This document shows positions 7,990 to 19,924 of a DNA stretch of 64,000 nt, one piece after another (within the stretch, counting starts at the first letter, position 1; the number at the start of each line of letters is the position of its first letter). The notes below the pieces were generated by a model. The model made no database searches and had not been told where the DNA came from. It saw nothing but the letters and a program-made list of their open reading frames with translations. A program made the position numbers and the translations under genes. This DNA is from a phage, in NCBI GenBank assembly GCA_021469345.1, contig GCA_021469345.1_3049.1. One strand, given 5' to 3'.

Positions 7990-10900
7990 TTACATAAGTT
8001 TAGATTCAAGTTCTTTTACACGAGAAGAAAGTGTTTTCACAGCTTCAACTAGAAGAGCAATCTGGGCTTGAGAAGAAACAGTGAGTATTTTATTACCCTT
8101 GCTATCTTCTGTTTCACGGACAGCTTCTGGTAAAACGTCTTGTAACGTTTGAGCCACAATACCCGCTTCAGTTTCAATTGCCTCTCCACCGATGTATTCA
8201 GCTTTATCGTAAATGACACCGTTAAGTTTTTCAACTTTATCAAGTGCATTTTCGATAGGCTTAAAGTTGGATTTTAAGCGAATATCAGAACGAATATAAA
8301 CGTTTGGAGCATTTATATTTTTGTATGAGTACAAATCACCGTTTTGGAAACGGAACACTTGCACGTTGTTCGCATATATGTCTAATAATCCATCGCCATT
8401 TTGCTTAATACCAGTATCAGTATCACCAAATGTTATACTGTTTCCACCAAGTGCGTTTGTTGTGTTAACACCAAATTGATTACACTGTGTTAATCCAGAA
8501 AGTGTAGCACTATTGAATGAAACTTGGTTTTGACCACCAGGTAATTTTTGGAAGTAAGCAATATAGTTTGTTTCATCAGCAATTTCAATGCGATTACCAC
8601 GAGTGCCATCACCTGCATGGAATATACGCATGTTTCTTGGGTTCGCACCGGCTTTTGTCCAACTTATGCTTCCATTTCCAGAAATATTAATATTATTTCC
8701 AAATGTTACTTCACCTGAAGTCATATTAATTTGGAAAGGTCGTTTACTGTTCCAATCACCTTCTGTAGCCGTTGTATTTCCATCTGCTGCATTTTTATCA
8801 GTTAAAAGAATATAAAACGTAGATCCATCGTTTCTGAATAATACTGAATTTGAACCAGATTTATCTCCATTACTTGTAATGCGTAATCCAGTTTGGTTAT
8901 TAATAGCTATTTCAGATTCAGCAACAAAACGCTTTGTTTTTCCTGAATCAACTAAGTTAGTCAATACATCTGCTACCTGTCCTTTAACATTTGTTTCCGG
9001 TAATGTATCAACAGGACTTTGAGCTGAGCTAAATGCGCCAATTATTTGAACTGTTGCATTATCAACAGAACTGTAATTGAATATTAACTGATTAGCATAT
9101 GTTCCCATATTGACATAAATGTCATATGTATCGCCAGATGTATTAACCCAAGCAATATTTCTAAATGAATTTAATCCTCTTCTGTATAAAACGGCATTTA
9201 ATCCCTTAGGAGTATTATTTCCCGTACGAAGAACAATTTCAGAAATTGCGCATTGATTAAATGAACCAGAATTAAATCCATTTCCACCAGTAACTGTAAT
9301 TGAAACCGTTGATGTAGCTTGAGGCATTGTTACTGTTGCAAACTTGTACCAACCTGCAGTTTTTCCATAAGTAATAAATCCAGAATTAACTTTACGGTTT
9401 AACGTGGTATTTAAGTTGGCAAAATTACCAGAACCACCAGTGATATTACCGTCAGTACCAATACGAACCGTACCCGCACCCAATTTACCAGGAGAGTAAA
9501 AATCCCCATTACGTTTAAATTCCCAGGAAATATCTTTTATAACTGCACCTGTTGAAGAACCGTCACCACCTTCATGGTATTGTAAACGGAAATCACCACC
9601 ATTAATTAGAGTTCCTAAAGAATAACAGCTATTTCCTTGAACATAACGTTGTTTTAAAATAGGAACATACATACTAGTATCAGTTCTATCAATATTCATA
9701 TAGAACGGAGCACGGACGTCTTCATTATTCTGGGAAGCAAATGAACCTGCACCAGCCGGTCGAACAGTATTAGTACATTCAGCATCAATATAAGATGAAT
9801 GACCTATCTGCATTCTGAAATTAGGAGAAATGCGACTATTACTAGTAACAACAACAAGTTTGCTGTCATTGTCCACGGTAATCATATTTCCACCTCTGCC
9901 ATCATCGCCTAACGTGACAGAATGGCGCATTTGTACCATACCATTATTAAGAGCAATACTTAACGGGCGGAGATTACTTATTCCACCATTTTCACCAGCA
10001 TCTTTAGGAGTCGGGATAATATGTAATGCTGTTTCTGAACGACGGAAAATTGCGCCATATTCAGCATTCCAAATTCTTAATGCATCTCTTGTTCCGCCAA
10101 TTTTAACTTGGCCGGTAATAGAAGAACCACCTTGAACAAACAAACCGTTCTTCATTGTAACATTACCGTTTAAAGTGCTTAAACCATCAACTTTAAGATT
10201 TCCTGCAGTGCTAATAGAGCCGTTAGCATTAACTGGTCCATTGAACTGGGTTACAACGGGCCCAACAGTTTCAGAACCTTCTGGGCGCTGGCGTTGTGAA
10301 TAAAAATAATAACCTTGTGAATCATATACTTCAAATACAGTTTCTCTAATACCGGGAACTGAGTTAAAGGCATTACCCCATGCTTTAATTGAAACAGTAT
10401 TTTTATTCTGTCCGTTACGAGTGCCTGCATCCCAGTTAATGGTTTTGGTTCCGTCAACACCGGTAGGAGCTTTAAACGATAAAGCATTAGTATTATCATC
10501 ACCATTTAAAAACAAGCCCGTACGCATAGAAATACGCTGGGTGGAGTTAATTGTTCCGTCCGCTCTAATAGCAACGCTATTAGAACCAGTTTTAATGTCT
10601 AAAATACCTGGCTCAACAATTAAACCTTCTGCCATACCAACAGCCATACGACCCCTGCCACGGAAATAGTGGTACATTTTAGAATTGCTGTTATAACCGA
10701 TATGAGTCTGACCATCACCGTTATTATTACCATCAACATCAGTACGCGCAGTAAACATTGCTTGGTTGTTATTTGGGAAAACCCAAGTAGAACCGGAATC
10801 TTGACTATAACCAACCATCAATTTTTTAGTACTATTAATACCATTATTAATAATAGTCGCCGCAGAAATACCGTTAGCCATTAAGTCAATAACGCCAGTA

Positions 10901-11886
10901 CGAACCCATTTAAGTCCAGAAGCAGTATCGCCAAGAGCTAAATACCTATCTCCCATTACCCCGGTATTTCCATAATCGCTTGACGGGTATCCTTCAGTCA
11001 CAGTACCAATGGCCAAGCTATTGCGGATAATCATTCTACCGTCGTTACGAATACCGTATAGTTTAAATAATGGTTTATTACCAGTCCACCAAGAAACTTC
11101 ATCAGCTAGCCCAGTCTGAGCTGTACAAATTTCATGGTAAATAGTTCCACCTGATTTAGCTCGAACTTTACGAAGATAGTTTACACCATTTGTTTCACCG
11201 GTTCCAGGATAAACATAGTTAACCAAAGATTGTGAATCGTATTGTCCAAATGCTTTTGCATCAAATGAAATATTTTTAGTTATAATAGATGGACCAATCA
11301 AAGAACCTGTTCTTGTTTCAATATTATTCTGAGCGACTAAATACCCACCAGATACTAATAAATTACCAGAATCAACTTGGAAATTACCATTACGATTAAA
11401 AGTCCAATATTTCGAATCCCCAGATTCATTGATATAATGAATCTTAAAACTTCCTTCATTTACTAACGTACCAACAGAAAAAGTTCCATCTTTAAAGCGT
11501 TGTTTAATTATAGGATTATATTCAGATGCGGAAAGAGCTGAGCTTAAATCTACAAAAATTGGAGCTTTTGCAGCGTGTTGACCAGACCACGAGCCGCTTC
11601 CAATCGTACGATAATTAAACTCAATATATCCACCGCTTGCTACAATTTGCGGACCAATTAAATTAAATTTTCCAGTCTGTGTATAATCTCCGGTTTGAGT
11701 GATATTTCCACTGATATTACCGCCAGCGGAAATACTTAAATCAATGATATTTCCTGAATCATCTTTAGTAAAAATTGTTCTATCTTTTAAGTTTATAGCC
11801 AATTCACCTTCGGCTAATACTGAAGCAGCAGGACGTGCACCTGCGGTTTTGCTTCTTTTAAATTGTATTTGTTTTAAAGTAGCCAT
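7990..11886 (-). CDS. 37: long tail fibre distal subunit gp37 (1298 aa) with C-terminal chaperone-like domain
   Basis: N-terminal [13 protein letters not shown]... and central region match T4 gp37; C-terminus carries an SDIRLK motif. Confidence 0.9.
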   Translation of the reverse strand: MATLKQIQFKRSKTAGARPAASVLAEGELAINLKDRTIFTKDDSGNIIDLSISAGGNISGNITQTGDYTQTGKFNLIGPQIVASGGYIEFNYRTIGSGSWSGQHAAKAPIFVDLSSALSASEYNPIIKQRFKDGTFSVGTLVNEGSFKIHYINESGDSKYWTFNRNGNFQVDSGNLLVSGGYLVAQNNIETRTGSLIGPSIITKNISFDAKAFGQYDSQSLVNYVYPGTGETNGVNYLRKVRAKSGGTIYHEICTAQTGLADEVSWWTGNKPLFKLYGIRNDGRMIIRNSLAIGTVTEGYPSSDYGNTGVMGDRYLALGDTASGLKWVRTGVIDLMANGISAATIINNGINSTKKLMVGYSQDSGSTWVFPNNNQAMFTARTDVDGNNNGDGQTHIGYNSNSKMYHYFRGRGRMAVGMAEGLIVEPGILDIKTGSNSVAIRADGTINSTQRISMRTGLFLNGDDNTNALSFKAPTGVDGTKTINWDAGTRNGQNKNTVSIKAWGNAFNSVPGIRETVFEVYDSQGYYFYSQRQRPEGSETVGPVVTQFNGPVNANGSISTAGNLKVDGLSTLNGNVTMKNGLFVQGGSSITGQVKIGGTRDALRIWNAEYGAIFRRSETALHIIPTPKDAGENGGISNLRPLSIALNNGMVQMRHSVTLGDDGRGGNMITVDNDSKLVVVTSNSRISPNFRMQIGHSSYIDAECTNTVRPAGAGSFASQNNEDVRAPFYMNIDRTDTSMYVPILKQRYVQGNSCYSLGTLINGGDFRLQYHEGGDGSSTGAVIKDISWEFKRNGDFYSPGKLGAGTVRIGTDGNITGGSGNFANLNTTLNRKVNSGFITYGKTAGWYKFATVTMPQATSTVSITVTGGNGFNSGSFNQCAISEIVLRTGNNTPKGLNAVLYRRGLNSFRNIAWVNTSGDTYDIYVNMGTYANQLIFNYSSVDNATVQIIGAFSSAQSPVDTLPETNVKGQVADVLTNLVDSGKTKRFVAESEIAINNQTGLRITSNGDKSGSNSVLFRNDGSTFYILLTDKNAADGNTTATEGDWNSKRPFQINMTSGEVTFGNNINISGNGSISWTKAGANPRNMRIFHAGDGTRGNRIEIADETNYIAYFQKLPGGQNQVSFNSATLSGLTQCNQFGVNTTNALGGNSITFGDTDTGIKQNGDGLLDIYANNVQVFRFQNGDLYSYKNINAPNVYIRSDIRLKSNFKPIENALDKVEKLNGVIYDKAEYIGGEAIETEAGIVAQTLQDVLPEAVRETEDSKGNKILTVSSQAQIALLVEAVKTLSSRVKELESKLM

Positions 11887-11894
11887 AAGTCCTC

Positions 11895-12560
11895 TTAATA
11901 ATAGCCGAAATCTTGAACAGAATCCTTAATTACGATTTGGTCAAATCGCGGAACGTGTGAAGGTTGAGACGCAGGATTCTGCGAGAAAAAATTTGGTGCG
12001 GTTAAGTTTCCTGTCATAGTGTCACCTTTACGGAAAACTCTAGAATCCGCATTTGCCGTAACAGTATTTATTGCTCCATCGACGTAGTCCTTTCTAGTAA
12101 GGTCATTTGCTGCAATTGGCGTCGGCATATCACTTCTTACTTGACCTGCAGCGGATACAACGCCTTTTGTACTAATATCACCATTACGTGTATTGATTAC
12201 TACAGTTCTGGCTGCTGAACCCTGTGATGATTTAAAACCAATACCATACCATGAAACAATATCAATATTTGCTGTAGCAAAAGTAGCTGCATCACCGTTA
12301 CCAGGAAAAATACCACTTTGGTTTGTATTGTTTATAGCATATGGTACTTGAACACCAGCATTAAATGTTACCTTTGATGCATAAGTACCACCATTAGCTT
12401 TAGAAACGAAATCGTTATCAGCAGCTTGTGGTTTATTATATTCTGAATATATTTTAAATGATTTATAGAGTACATCGTCACCGGCCGGATTCAATGGAAA
12501 ATTTCCTTGATGCCAAATGACAGAGCCTCCAGTTGTTGAACCTACTTTTAAATCAGCCAT
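11895..12560 (-). CDS. 36: long tail fibre subunit gp36
   Basis: 221 aa, the same length as T4 gp36; position between 35 and 37. Confidence 0.85.
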   Translation of the reverse strand: MADLKVGSTTGGSVIWHQGNFPLNPAGDDVLYKSFKIYSEYNKPQAADNDFVSKANGGTYASKVTFNAGVQVPYAINNTNQSGIFPGNGDAATFATANIDIVSWYGIGFKSSQGSAARTVVINTRNGDISTKGVVSAAGQVRSDMPTPIAANDLTRKDYVDGAINTVTANADSRVFRKGDTMTGNLTAPNFFSQNPASQPSHVPRFDQIVIKDSVQDFGYY

Positions 12561-12583
12561 TGTATGCCCCTTTATTTTAATAG

Positions 12584-12591
12584 TATTTATA
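12584..12591 (-). promoter_or_regulatory. late promoter TATAAATA for gene 36
   Basis: Exact TATAAATA on the - strand about 25 nt upstream of the gene 36 start. Confidence 0.6.
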
Positions 12592-12618
12592 AAGAAAAAA
12601 GGGAACCCGAAGGCTCCC
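12592..12618 (-). terminator. terminator after gene 35 (GC stem + T-run on the - strand)
   Basis: GGGAGCC-TTCG-GGTTCCC followed by TTTTTTC on the - strand. Confidence 0.5.
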
Positions 12619-12623
12619 TCAAT

Positions 12624-13739
12624 TTATACTTCTCTAAATTCTTGCCCAAACACTTTACCAGTTTTAGACGATGCTTGCGTAGGAAGTACCATTATATCCG
12701 GAGGTGAAGCAGATTCACAAATATAATTAACACGAATACCATTGACGCCAAATTCAGCAGGTTTTGAAATACCGCCGTTTCTTGATACTTCAGAAAAGCT
12801 TAAATTTCTCATGCCACCTTGGCCAGCTTGTGCAGTTCTTTGTGCATATATCGTAAATCCTACTGCGTTTTCTGGAACAACTACATAATCTTCCTTTAAT
12901 TCCCATGACCCAGCTTGCCCAGTAAATTCAGCTTGTGTCGAGGAAATATATCCGTTAGATGCATTATAAAATCGAATGGATATATTCGTAGTTCCAAGCG
13001 CAAGTAAATCGGCATCGGCGTATAGCTGTGTTTTAAGATAAAGAACATCACCAGGAATTAAATTATAATCAGAGAGTTTACTTATAGCAGCTGAAGTTGG
13101 TAGACGCGCAATTTCGTTATTAGTTCCACCAACTGCTGACATAAATTGCTCAACGCTTTCATACGTTCTTCTTGGAAACCCGGTAGCTCCGACGTCTTCT
13201 AAACTGTCAAATACAACATCTAAAATAGTTTGATAATCATCTGTGCTTTTTCTATTACTTAATTTAACATGCTCTAATGCAATAGCTCTTTTAGAAGAAG
13301 TATAAAAAGCAGCATATGATACGTCAAATCTTGACAATATAGAGTCAGATGGAAAAGCAGACGTTCCGGCGGTTCTTAGCCAAGATACTACTTCAGGAGG
13401 AAAATTAACCTTTCCATTAGTTAATATAGCAACAATTCGATTATTCGTCAAAGAATTCATGAAACTAACAAAAGCAGCTGATGTAGTATCATTTGAAGTC
13501 GAAAAAGCATATGACTTACTATCAACTAATGCTCCTGTAGAAGGGTCAAAAACTCTTAAATGAAGGCCTGCGCTAAATGTTTGATTTCCGATAGGATTAT
13601 CCTGAAATTTAACGTATGGTCCTGCTGTAGAAAGCGGGCAAGAACCCGCTATGCTTATTTTGTATCTTACTGAATTACTTTCCGATAAAAATGGCGTTTG
13701 GACATATCCTTGTCCAAACTTTGCCATAAATTTTTCCAT
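12624..13739 (-). CDS. 35: long tail fibre hinge protein gp35
   Basis: 371 aa; position between 34 and 36. Confidence 0.85.
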   Translation of the reverse strand: MEKFMAKFGQGYVQTPFLSESNSVRYKISIAGSCPLSTAGPYVKFQDNPIGNQTFSAGLHLRVFDPSTGALVDSKSYAFSTSNDTTSAAFVSFMNSLTNNRIVAILTNGKVNFPPEVVSWLRTAGTSAFPSDSILSRFDVSYAAFYTSSKRAIALEHVKLSNRKSTDDYQTILDVVFDSLEDVGATGFPRRTYESVEQFMSAVGGTNNEIARLPTSAAISKLSDYNLIPGDVLYLKTQLYADADLLALGTTNISIRFYNASNGYISSTQAEFTGQAGSWELKEDYVVVPENAVGFTIYAQRTAQAGQGGMRNLSFSEVSRNGGISKPAEFGVNGIRVNYICESASPPDIMVLPTQASSKTGKVFGQEFREV

Positions 13740-13747
13740 AATACCTC

Positions 13748-16700
13748 TTATTCAACCCATTCAAATTTAACCGTTTTATTCACTGGGTCAGGAACAATGC
13801 GAACATTACCAATTCGCAAGAAATCACGAATAGTAAGATTTCCCATTGTAGCATTATCAGATGGTAAAGCACCAATATCAGATGGTTGAGGAGGGTTACC
13901 TCCGTCAAATACCTGAACAAAACTTGACCAAGAGTTTTTGGTTTTCTGCCATGTACGTGTCCAGCGAGTGGTACGTGCTTCTGGAGTCGTTGGATAAGTA
14001 ATCCAATCTTGGTAAAGCGAATCAAGTGTGTTACCAAACTGAGTCAATGTACCAGGAGATTTAACTTCTTCGCCGCGTTCTAAGTATGGAAGCCCAGTCA
14101 CTTCATTAGTTTTTTCAACCATTTTAAAATAACCCGGGAACTGGTTATAAGTGGCTGAATCGTTAATATCAATTGACCAAAATCCTACTGTATCAGATGT
14201 TGGCGCACGGGTATATAAATCAGATGTTTTATTACCCTGAGAACGAATTCTCGAGTTAACAGTCAAACCGCCTGAATTTATAGTAGCACCTTTGGCAATA
14301 ACAAGACCTTCGGCAATAGTTACTAAACCGGAGGAATTATTAATAGCTAAAGGACGTAATCCATTAAAACCACCTGTCTGGTCACCTGAATTAGTTAGCA
14401 GAAAATAGATATTAGCACTATCATTACGAATAAAGAATCCGTAATTACCATTTATTGCTCTGAAAGCATTTGCAGACTTGCTAATGAATTCACCATTGGC
14501 TGTAACTGAACGGCCGAATGTTGCAACACCATTCACATTCATCAAGCCGGAAGCATTAATGTTTATTGGCATTACAGTACCATTAATGCTAAACGCTATA
14601 TTCCCGTCTTCTTTATTACGTTGAGAATAAAAGTGATAAGATGTTTCATCACCAACTTCAAATACAGTAGAACGTGCTGTATTTGATCCGCCACCAAACT
14701 GATTTCCCCAAACTTTGATAGTCATCGTCTGTGCTGGGTTAGTTCCAGTTTGAGGTCCTTTCTCAAAAATCAGACGAGTTGCCGTTCCAGTATTAGAAAT
14801 AGTTAATGTGCTGTTTGCCGAAACTGATCCACCAAACGTAGCAGTACTAGATGATACAAGAGGGGCACTCAGATTCGTTTGTTGAGTTAAGGTTAGTGAA
14901 CCATTAACCGTCTGTGCAATATCCCTACGAATGAACTGAGATGAATCTAGACCATCCAGTAAATTACTATCTACAGCTTTTGCTTTTAACGGCAAATAAT
15001 TTGCTAATACACGGTTTAATTCATATGGTGATACCGCATAGCTATTTTTCTCATATGATTCTAACGGTTGCGTTGAACCTACCGTATCATTACCAACGAA
15101 TGTAATTGAACCAGATGAAGTTTTAACAAAACCTCTTATCGCAGTAGTAGCTGCCCAGGTAGGTTCACTCTGCACAATCCACTTTAAATTTTTTGGAGAT
15201 ACAGCAGTATTTGCTGATGTTCCAGTCACAGTTTCAGACTGGGTTGCAACTTTAATAACACCTTCCTGTGCTTCAGTAGATTTAGTACCTAAAAGCTTTT
15301 TAGGAGTTATTAAAACATTATCTAATTTTCCTGCAGCAGCTTCAACTTGTGTAGCTACACGAAGTGTACCACGCTGTGTCTCATTTGCTTCAAGAATATT
15401 AAGGGTATAATGGTCCCAGAGAGTTCCTGATTCAACTAATCCAGATAGAGCAACAACAGAAGTACGATCAGTACTATTAAATCTGGTTTTAATTTTTAAT
15501 GGTGTAGAGATACGAGTATCGTCGACGCCTGCGTCGAATTCAACTTGTGTAGCAATTTCAGCTATACCACTTAAACTTTCAGTTGCTTTACGGTCATTTA
15601 AAGTTTTAGGAGTGACTGCACGAGTATAATCAGTTCCTGTATTAACTTCACTTTGCGTAGCAATTTCAATTAAACCAATTCTTCCATCAGTTGATGTCTT
15701 TTTATGTAACGTTTCTGGCGTTACAACAGCATTTGCCCATCCTTGCTGACTTTGTCCAGCAATTACTTCACTTTCAACTGCTAAAATTACTGCACCCTGT
15801 TGAGTAGGCGTAGCTTTATACTGATCCAAAGCTTTAGGTGAAACAACTAAATTATTAGTGTTTTTATTATAAACATTCGTACCATTTAATTCACGGCTAG
15901 AAGCCGGAGTAGCACCTGCAGTAGATACAAAAGTTACAATACCAGATAATGATTCAGAACCTTGACGAGCTTGAAGTTTTTTAGGAGTGATGATTGTAGT
16001 GTCATCAGTACCTGCATTAGTTTCTTGCTGCGTAGCAATTTCAGCAACACCTCTACGAGTTTCAGTAGCAGTTCTTTCATTCAGCTTTTTAGGAGTAATG
16101 ATAAGGTCATCTGCAAAAGAGAATGTGGTGTTCTGATTCACTTGAGCAGTAGTTGCTATTCTTGCAATACCTCTGCGAGTTTCTGTAGCAGTACGGTTAG
16201 CTAATGTTTCTGGAGTAATTGCTAATTCTTTTTGTGGAGAATTTTCTAAATCGACGTTAGCTTGAGCTTGTGTAGCTAAAGCAATTACGCCTAATCTTGC
16301 TCTAGTAGAATCATTTAAAGAATCAACTCTTTCTACAGTTGGAACGTTTTGCTGTACAACCCAATATTTTCCATCAGAATCTTCAATATAAGCAAGTTGC
16401 AAAACTGGAACATAATTAGTTTCACCGTTAAAAACTAATTCTTGGACTGTAACCCATTCAGCTTCAGGCGGATATTCTGAGCGTTTTGGGAATTGCAACA
16501 ATTGAACTGAAGAAGCAATTTTATCTTCGCCCGCAGCTTTGATTTTAACTGTTTGTCCTTTTCTCATGTAATTCATGGAAATTTTAACAGTATCACCAAC
16601 AGAAATATTAGTTGGAAGCTGAAGCTCAATTGTTTGAGTTGTTCCGTTATTCGCACCAAATACCATAACTTCTTCATTTGGACGAATGTTTGAATTAGTC

Positions 16701-17620
16701 GTTATAATGCGTAAACGCGCTTTACTATCCCCGTCAAACAATCTCCACAATTTCTCATTATCATCAAACATCAAGAAACCATCAATCGTTGTACGGCCTT
16801 CAATGGAATGAGTTCCAACTTCTTGTATTGAAGTCGTTTCATCGTATGTAGTAACAATTGTATGATAAAGCGGATTTAGTTTATCTAAATCGACGAAATT
16901 AATAATATCGCCATGATTAGCAAATCTTGGAAGTTTAACATTAATTGGTGCAGCAGAAGTAAATCTACGTACGATAAAATCGTTGGATTGCGCTTGATAA
17001 GTATTCGCTGGTGTTACAACTATAGCTTCTCTACTATAATCAGCAACATACATTTGCCACAGACGATTACTAAAAATTAAAACTAGCTGTGACTTTGGAT
17101 GAGTCATTAGTACTGAACGTACTTGTTCACCTCTAAAGTTTACAATACTTTGCACTGGAGCTACAATTAAAACTTGGTTAACTCCAGGTTTTCCTCCAAT
17201 ATCTTGGAGAATGATAGTATCACCATCAATTGGAGAAGACGGTAAAGTAAACGTAATGTCATTTCCAGCTGCAGTGTTAACCGAAATTGCTTCACCAGAT
17301 TTTAATTGATATGAACCAGATGAAACCGTAATCCAGTTTGCATCGGTACGTAATGCTCTCCAGCGTCCGCTATTAAAAGCTCCTGCTGGTTTTGGAATAT
17401 CATTTATAGCAGCCCAAAAGCGGTTATCATAAATGATTACAAAATCTTTTAAATATCCACGAGTTGGATCATATTGTTGAACTGTGTTTTCTTGAATTAG
17501 ATAATCAACGTTAACACCGTCAGTTCCTACGGTACGATCAGCTAAAGCTACGTTGATTATTTTATCACCACCTGCGTCCAGACCATCTTCTGCTCTGAAC
17601 TTTCTTTTAATCTCGGCCAT
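13748..17620 (-). CDS. 34: long tail fibre proximal subunit gp34
   Basis: 1290 aa (T4 gp34 is 1289 aa); first gene of the fibre operon. Confidence 0.9.
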   Translation of the reverse strand: MAEIKRKFRAEDGLDAGGDKIINVALADRTVGTDGVNVDYLIQENTVQQYDPTRGYLKDFVIIYDNRFWAAINDIPKPAGAFNSGRWRALRTDANWITVSSGSYQLKSGEAISVNTAAGNDITFTLPSSPIDGDTIILQDIGGKPGVNQVLIVAPVQSIVNFRGEQVRSVLMTHPKSQLVLIFSNRLWQMYVADYSREAIVVTPANTYQAQSNDFIVRRFTSAAPINVKLPRFANHGDIINFVDLDKLNPLYHTIVTTYDETTSIQEVGTHSIEGRTTIDGFLMFDDNEKLWRLFDGDSKARLRIITTNSNIRPNEEVMVFGANNGTTQTIELQLPTNISVGDTVKISMNYMRKGQTVKIKAAGEDKIASSVQLLQFPKRSEYPPEAEWVTVQELVFNGETNYVPVLQLAYIEDSDGKYWVVQQNVPTVERVDSLNDSTRARLGVIALATQAQANVDLENSPQKELAITPETLANRTATETRRGIARIATTAQVNQNTTFSFADDLIITPKKLNERTATETRRGVAEIATQQETNAGTDDTTIITPKKLQARQGSESLSGIVTFVSTAGATPASSRELNGTNVYNKNTNNLVVSPKALDQYKATPTQQGAVILAVESEVIAGQSQQGWANAVVTPETLHKKTSTDGRIGLIEIATQSEVNTGTDYTRAVTPKTLNDRKATESLSGIAEIATQVEFDAGVDDTRISTPLKIKTRFNSTDRTSVVALSGLVESGTLWDHYTLNILEANETQRGTLRVATQVEAAAGKLDNVLITPKKLLGTKSTEAQEGVIKVATQSETVTGTSANTAVSPKNLKWIVQSEPTWAATTAIRGFVKTSSGSITFVGNDTVGSTQPLESYEKNSYAVSPYELNRVLANYLPLKAKAVDSNLLDGLDSSQFIRRDIAQTVNGSLTLTQQTNLSAPLVSSSTATFGGSVSANSTLTISNTGTATRLIFEKGPQTGTNPAQTMTIKVWGNQFGGGSNTARSTVFEVGDETSYHFYSQRNKEDGNIAFSINGTVMPININASGLMNVNGVATFGRSVTANGEFISKSANAFRAINGNYGFFIRNDSANIYFLLTNSGDQTGGFNGLRPLAINNSSGLVTIAEGLVIAKGATINSGGLTVNSRIRSQGNKTSDLYTRAPTSDTVGFWSIDINDSATYNQFPGYFKMVEKTNEVTGLPYLERGEEVKSPGTLTQFGNTLDSLYQDWITYPTTPEARTTRWTRTWQKTKNSWSSFVQVFDGGNPPQPSDIGALPSDNATMGNLTIRDFLRIGNVRIVPDPVNKTVKFEWVE

Positions 17621-17653
17621 TCTCCCGGGCTCCTATTGTGTTTTCAATAATAA

Positions 17654-17661
17654 GTATTTAT
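17654..17661 (-). promoter_or_regulatory. late promoter TATAAATA for gene 34
   Basis: Exact TATAAATA on the - strand about 35 nt upstream of the gene 34 start. Confidence 0.65.
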
Positions 17662-17724
17662 ACTTGTCTACTTTAAGATTTGGATGGTATATAATAGAAA
17701 TCTCACTAATTGAACGAGGTTCAT

Positions 17725-18642
17725 ATGGATTTAGAAATGATGCTGGATGAAGATTACAAAGAAGGAATCTGCTTAATTGACTTTAGTCAAATTGCGCTTT
17801 CAACTGCTCTGGTAAACTTCCCAGATAAAGAAAAAATTAATTTATCAATGGTTCGTCATTTGATATTGAACTCAATTAAGTTTAATGTCAAAAAAGCAAA
17901 AACGCTTGGATACACTAAAATTGTACTGTGTATTGATAACGCGAAATCTGGATACTGGCGTCGTGATTTCGCGTATTATTACAAGAAAAACCGTGGAAAA
18001 GCACGAGAAGAATCTACTTGGGACTGGGAAGGTTATTTTGAATCCAGCCATAAAGTTATAGATGAATTGAAAGCTTATATGCCATACATCGTTATGGATA
18101 TTGATAAGTATGAAGCAGATGACCATATTGCTGTTCTTGTTAAAAAGTTCTCTTTAGAAGGACATAAGATTTTAATCATTTCGTCGGATGGTGACTTTAC
18201 ACAGCTTCACAAATATCCAAATGTTAAGCAATGGTCACCGATGCACAAGAAATGGGTTAAAATTAAAAGCGGTTCTGCTGAAATTGACTGTATGACTAAA
18301 ATCCTTAAAGGCGACAAAAAGGATAACGTTGCTTCAGTTAAAGTACGATCTGACTTTTGGTTTACCAAAGTTGAAGGTGAACGAACTCCTTCAATGAAAA
18401 CTTCAATCGTTGAAGCTATTGCTAATGACCGTGAGCAAGCTAAGGTGCTTCTCACAGAATCTGAATATAATCGTTATAAAGAAAATCTAGTTCTAATTGA
18501 TTTTGATTATATTCCTGATAATATTGCTTCAAACATTGTGAATTACTATAATTCATATAAATTACCACCGCGTGGCAAAATTTATTCATATTTTGTAAAA
18601 GCGGGTCTTTCTAAATTAACTAATAGCATTAATGAATTTTGA
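17725..18642 (+). CDS. rnh: RNase H (5'-3' exonuclease)
   Basis: 305 aa from ATG 17725 (SD GAGG 5 nt upstream); MDLEMMLDEDYKEGICLIDF... matches T4 RNase H. Confidence 0.9.
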   Translation: MDLEMMLDEDYKEGICLIDFSQIALSTALVNFPDKEKINLSMVRHLILNSIKFNVKKAKTLGYTKIVLCIDNAKSGYWRRDFAYYYKKNRGKAREESTWDWEGYFESSHKVIDELKAYMPYIVMDIDKYEADDHIAVLVKKFSLEGHKILIISSDGDFTQLHKYPNVKQWSPMHKKWVKIKSGSAEIDCMTKILKGDKKDNVASVKVRSDFWFTKVEGERTPSMKTSIVEAIANDREQAKVLLTESEYNRYKENLVLIDFDYIPDNIASNIVNYYNSYKLPPRGKIYSYFVKAGLSKLTNSINEF

Positions 18643-18650
18643 GGTGAATA

Positions 18651-18920
18651 ATGGCTAAAAAAGAAATGGTTGAATTTGATGAAGCTATCCATGGCGAAGA
18701 CTTGGCTAAATTTATTAAAGAAGCATCTGATCATAAACTGAAAATTTCCGGTTATAATGAACTGATTAAAGATATTCGAATTCGTGCTAAAGATGAACTT
18801 GGCGTTGATGGTAAGATGTTTAATCGTCTATTAGCTTTGTATCATAAAGATAACCGTGATGTGTTTGAAGCTGAAACTGAAGAGGTAGTTGAACTTTATG
18901 ACACAGTTTTCTCTAAATGA
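18651..18920 (+). CDS. dsbA: DsbA dsDNA-binding protein
   Basis: 89 aa; position between rnh and 33. Confidence 0.8.
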   Translation: MAKKEMVEFDEAIHGEDLAKFIKEASDHKLKISGYNELIKDIRIRAKDELGVDGKMFNRLLALYHKDNRDVFEAETEEVVELYDTVFSK

Positions 18921-19236
18921 TATTCGTCCGGTCGATGAGACCGGTCTTTCAGAAAAAGAACTTTCAATTAAGAAAGAAAAGGATGAAATTGCAAAGCTTC
19001 TTGATCGTCAAGAAAATGGATTTATTATTGAAAAAATGGTAGAAGAGTTTGGAATGAGTTATCTTGAAGCTACGACAGCATTCTTGGAAGAAAACTCTAT
19101 TCCTGAAACTCAATTTGCTAAATTTATTCCTTCGGGTATAATTGAAAAAATTCAGTCAGAAGCTATCGACGAAAATCTTTTACGTCCTTCTGTTGTTCGT
19201 TGTGAAAAAACTAATACATTAGATTTTCTGCTATGA
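18898..19236 (+). CDS. 33: gp33 late-transcription co-activator
   Basis: 112 aa from ATG 18898; acidic. Confidence 0.8.
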   Translation: MTQFSLNDIRPVDETGLSEKELSIKKEKDEIAKLLDRQENGFIIEKMVEEFGMSYLEATTAFLEENSIPETQFAKFIPSGIIEKIQSEAIDENLLRPSVVRCEKTNTLDFLL

Positions 19237-19886
19237 TTAAACTCCGCATGCCTGCTGGTGGTGAAAGATATATTGATGGTAAATCAGTTTATAAATTATA
19301 CTTAATGATAAAACAACATATGAATGGAAAGTATGATGTAATTAAGTATAATTGGTGCATGCGGGTGTCTGATGCCGCTTATCAAAAGCGAAGGGATAAG
19401 TATTTTTTCCAGAAGTTATCAGAAAAATATAAATTAAAGGAACTTGCTTTAATCTTTATAAGCAATCTGGTTGCTAACCAAGATGCTTGGATTGGTGACA
19501 TCTCTGACGCTGATGCACTTGTGTTTTATCGTGAATATATCGGACGCTTAAAGCAAATTAAATTTAAGTTTGAAGAAGATATTCGCAACATTTATTATTT
19601 TAGTAAAAAAGTTGAAGTTTCTGCTTTTAAAGAAATTTTTGAATATAATCCAAAAGTTCAATCAAGTTATATTTTTAAACTACTTCAATCGAATATAATT
19701 TCGTTTGAGACGTTTATCTTGCTTGATTCGTTTTTAAATATAATTGATAAACATGATGAACAGACTGATAATTTAGTCTGGAATAATTATTCTATAAAGT
19801 TAAAGGCTTATAGAAAAATTTTAAATATTGATTCACAGAAAGCTAAAAGTGTTTTTATTGAAACTGTGAAATCTTGCAAGTATTAA
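19233..19886 (+). CDS. 59: gp59 helicase loader
   Basis: 217 aa; length and position match T4 gp59. Confidence 0.9.
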   Translation: MIKLRMPAGGERYIDGKSVYKLYLMIKQHMNGKYDVIKYNWCMRVSDAAYQKRRDKYFFQKLSEKYKLKELALIFISNLVANQDAWIGDISDADALVFYREYIGRLKQIKFKFEEDIRNIYYFSKKVEVSAFKEIFEYNPKVQSSYIFKLLQSNIISFETFILLDSFLNIIDKHDEQTDNLVWNNYSIKLKAYRKILNIDSQKAKSVFIETVKSCKY

Positions 19887-19894
19887 TTGCTTAT

Positions 19895-19902
19895 TATAAA
19901 TA
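19895..19902 (+). promoter_or_regulatory. late promoter TATAAATA upstream of gene 32
   Basis: Exact TATAAATA on the + strand. Confidence 0.5.
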
Positions 19903-19924
19903 GATTATAATTATCTCACTGACC

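Noticed and set aside
8588-10884. Several 60-100 aa track ORFs on the + strand inside gene 37 (8588..8815, 9830..10135, 10421..10669, 10669..10884) and similar ones inside gene 34, 23 and 24
   Set aside because: They lie antisense within long structural genes whose products are clearly conserved, and they lack SD sites. Treated as spurious.
13748-17620. Whether the two ~1290-aa - strand proteins (7990..11886 and 13748..17620) are duplicates of one another
   Set aside because: Their sequences differ throughout and match gp37 and gp34 respectively. They are the distal and proximal fibre subunits.
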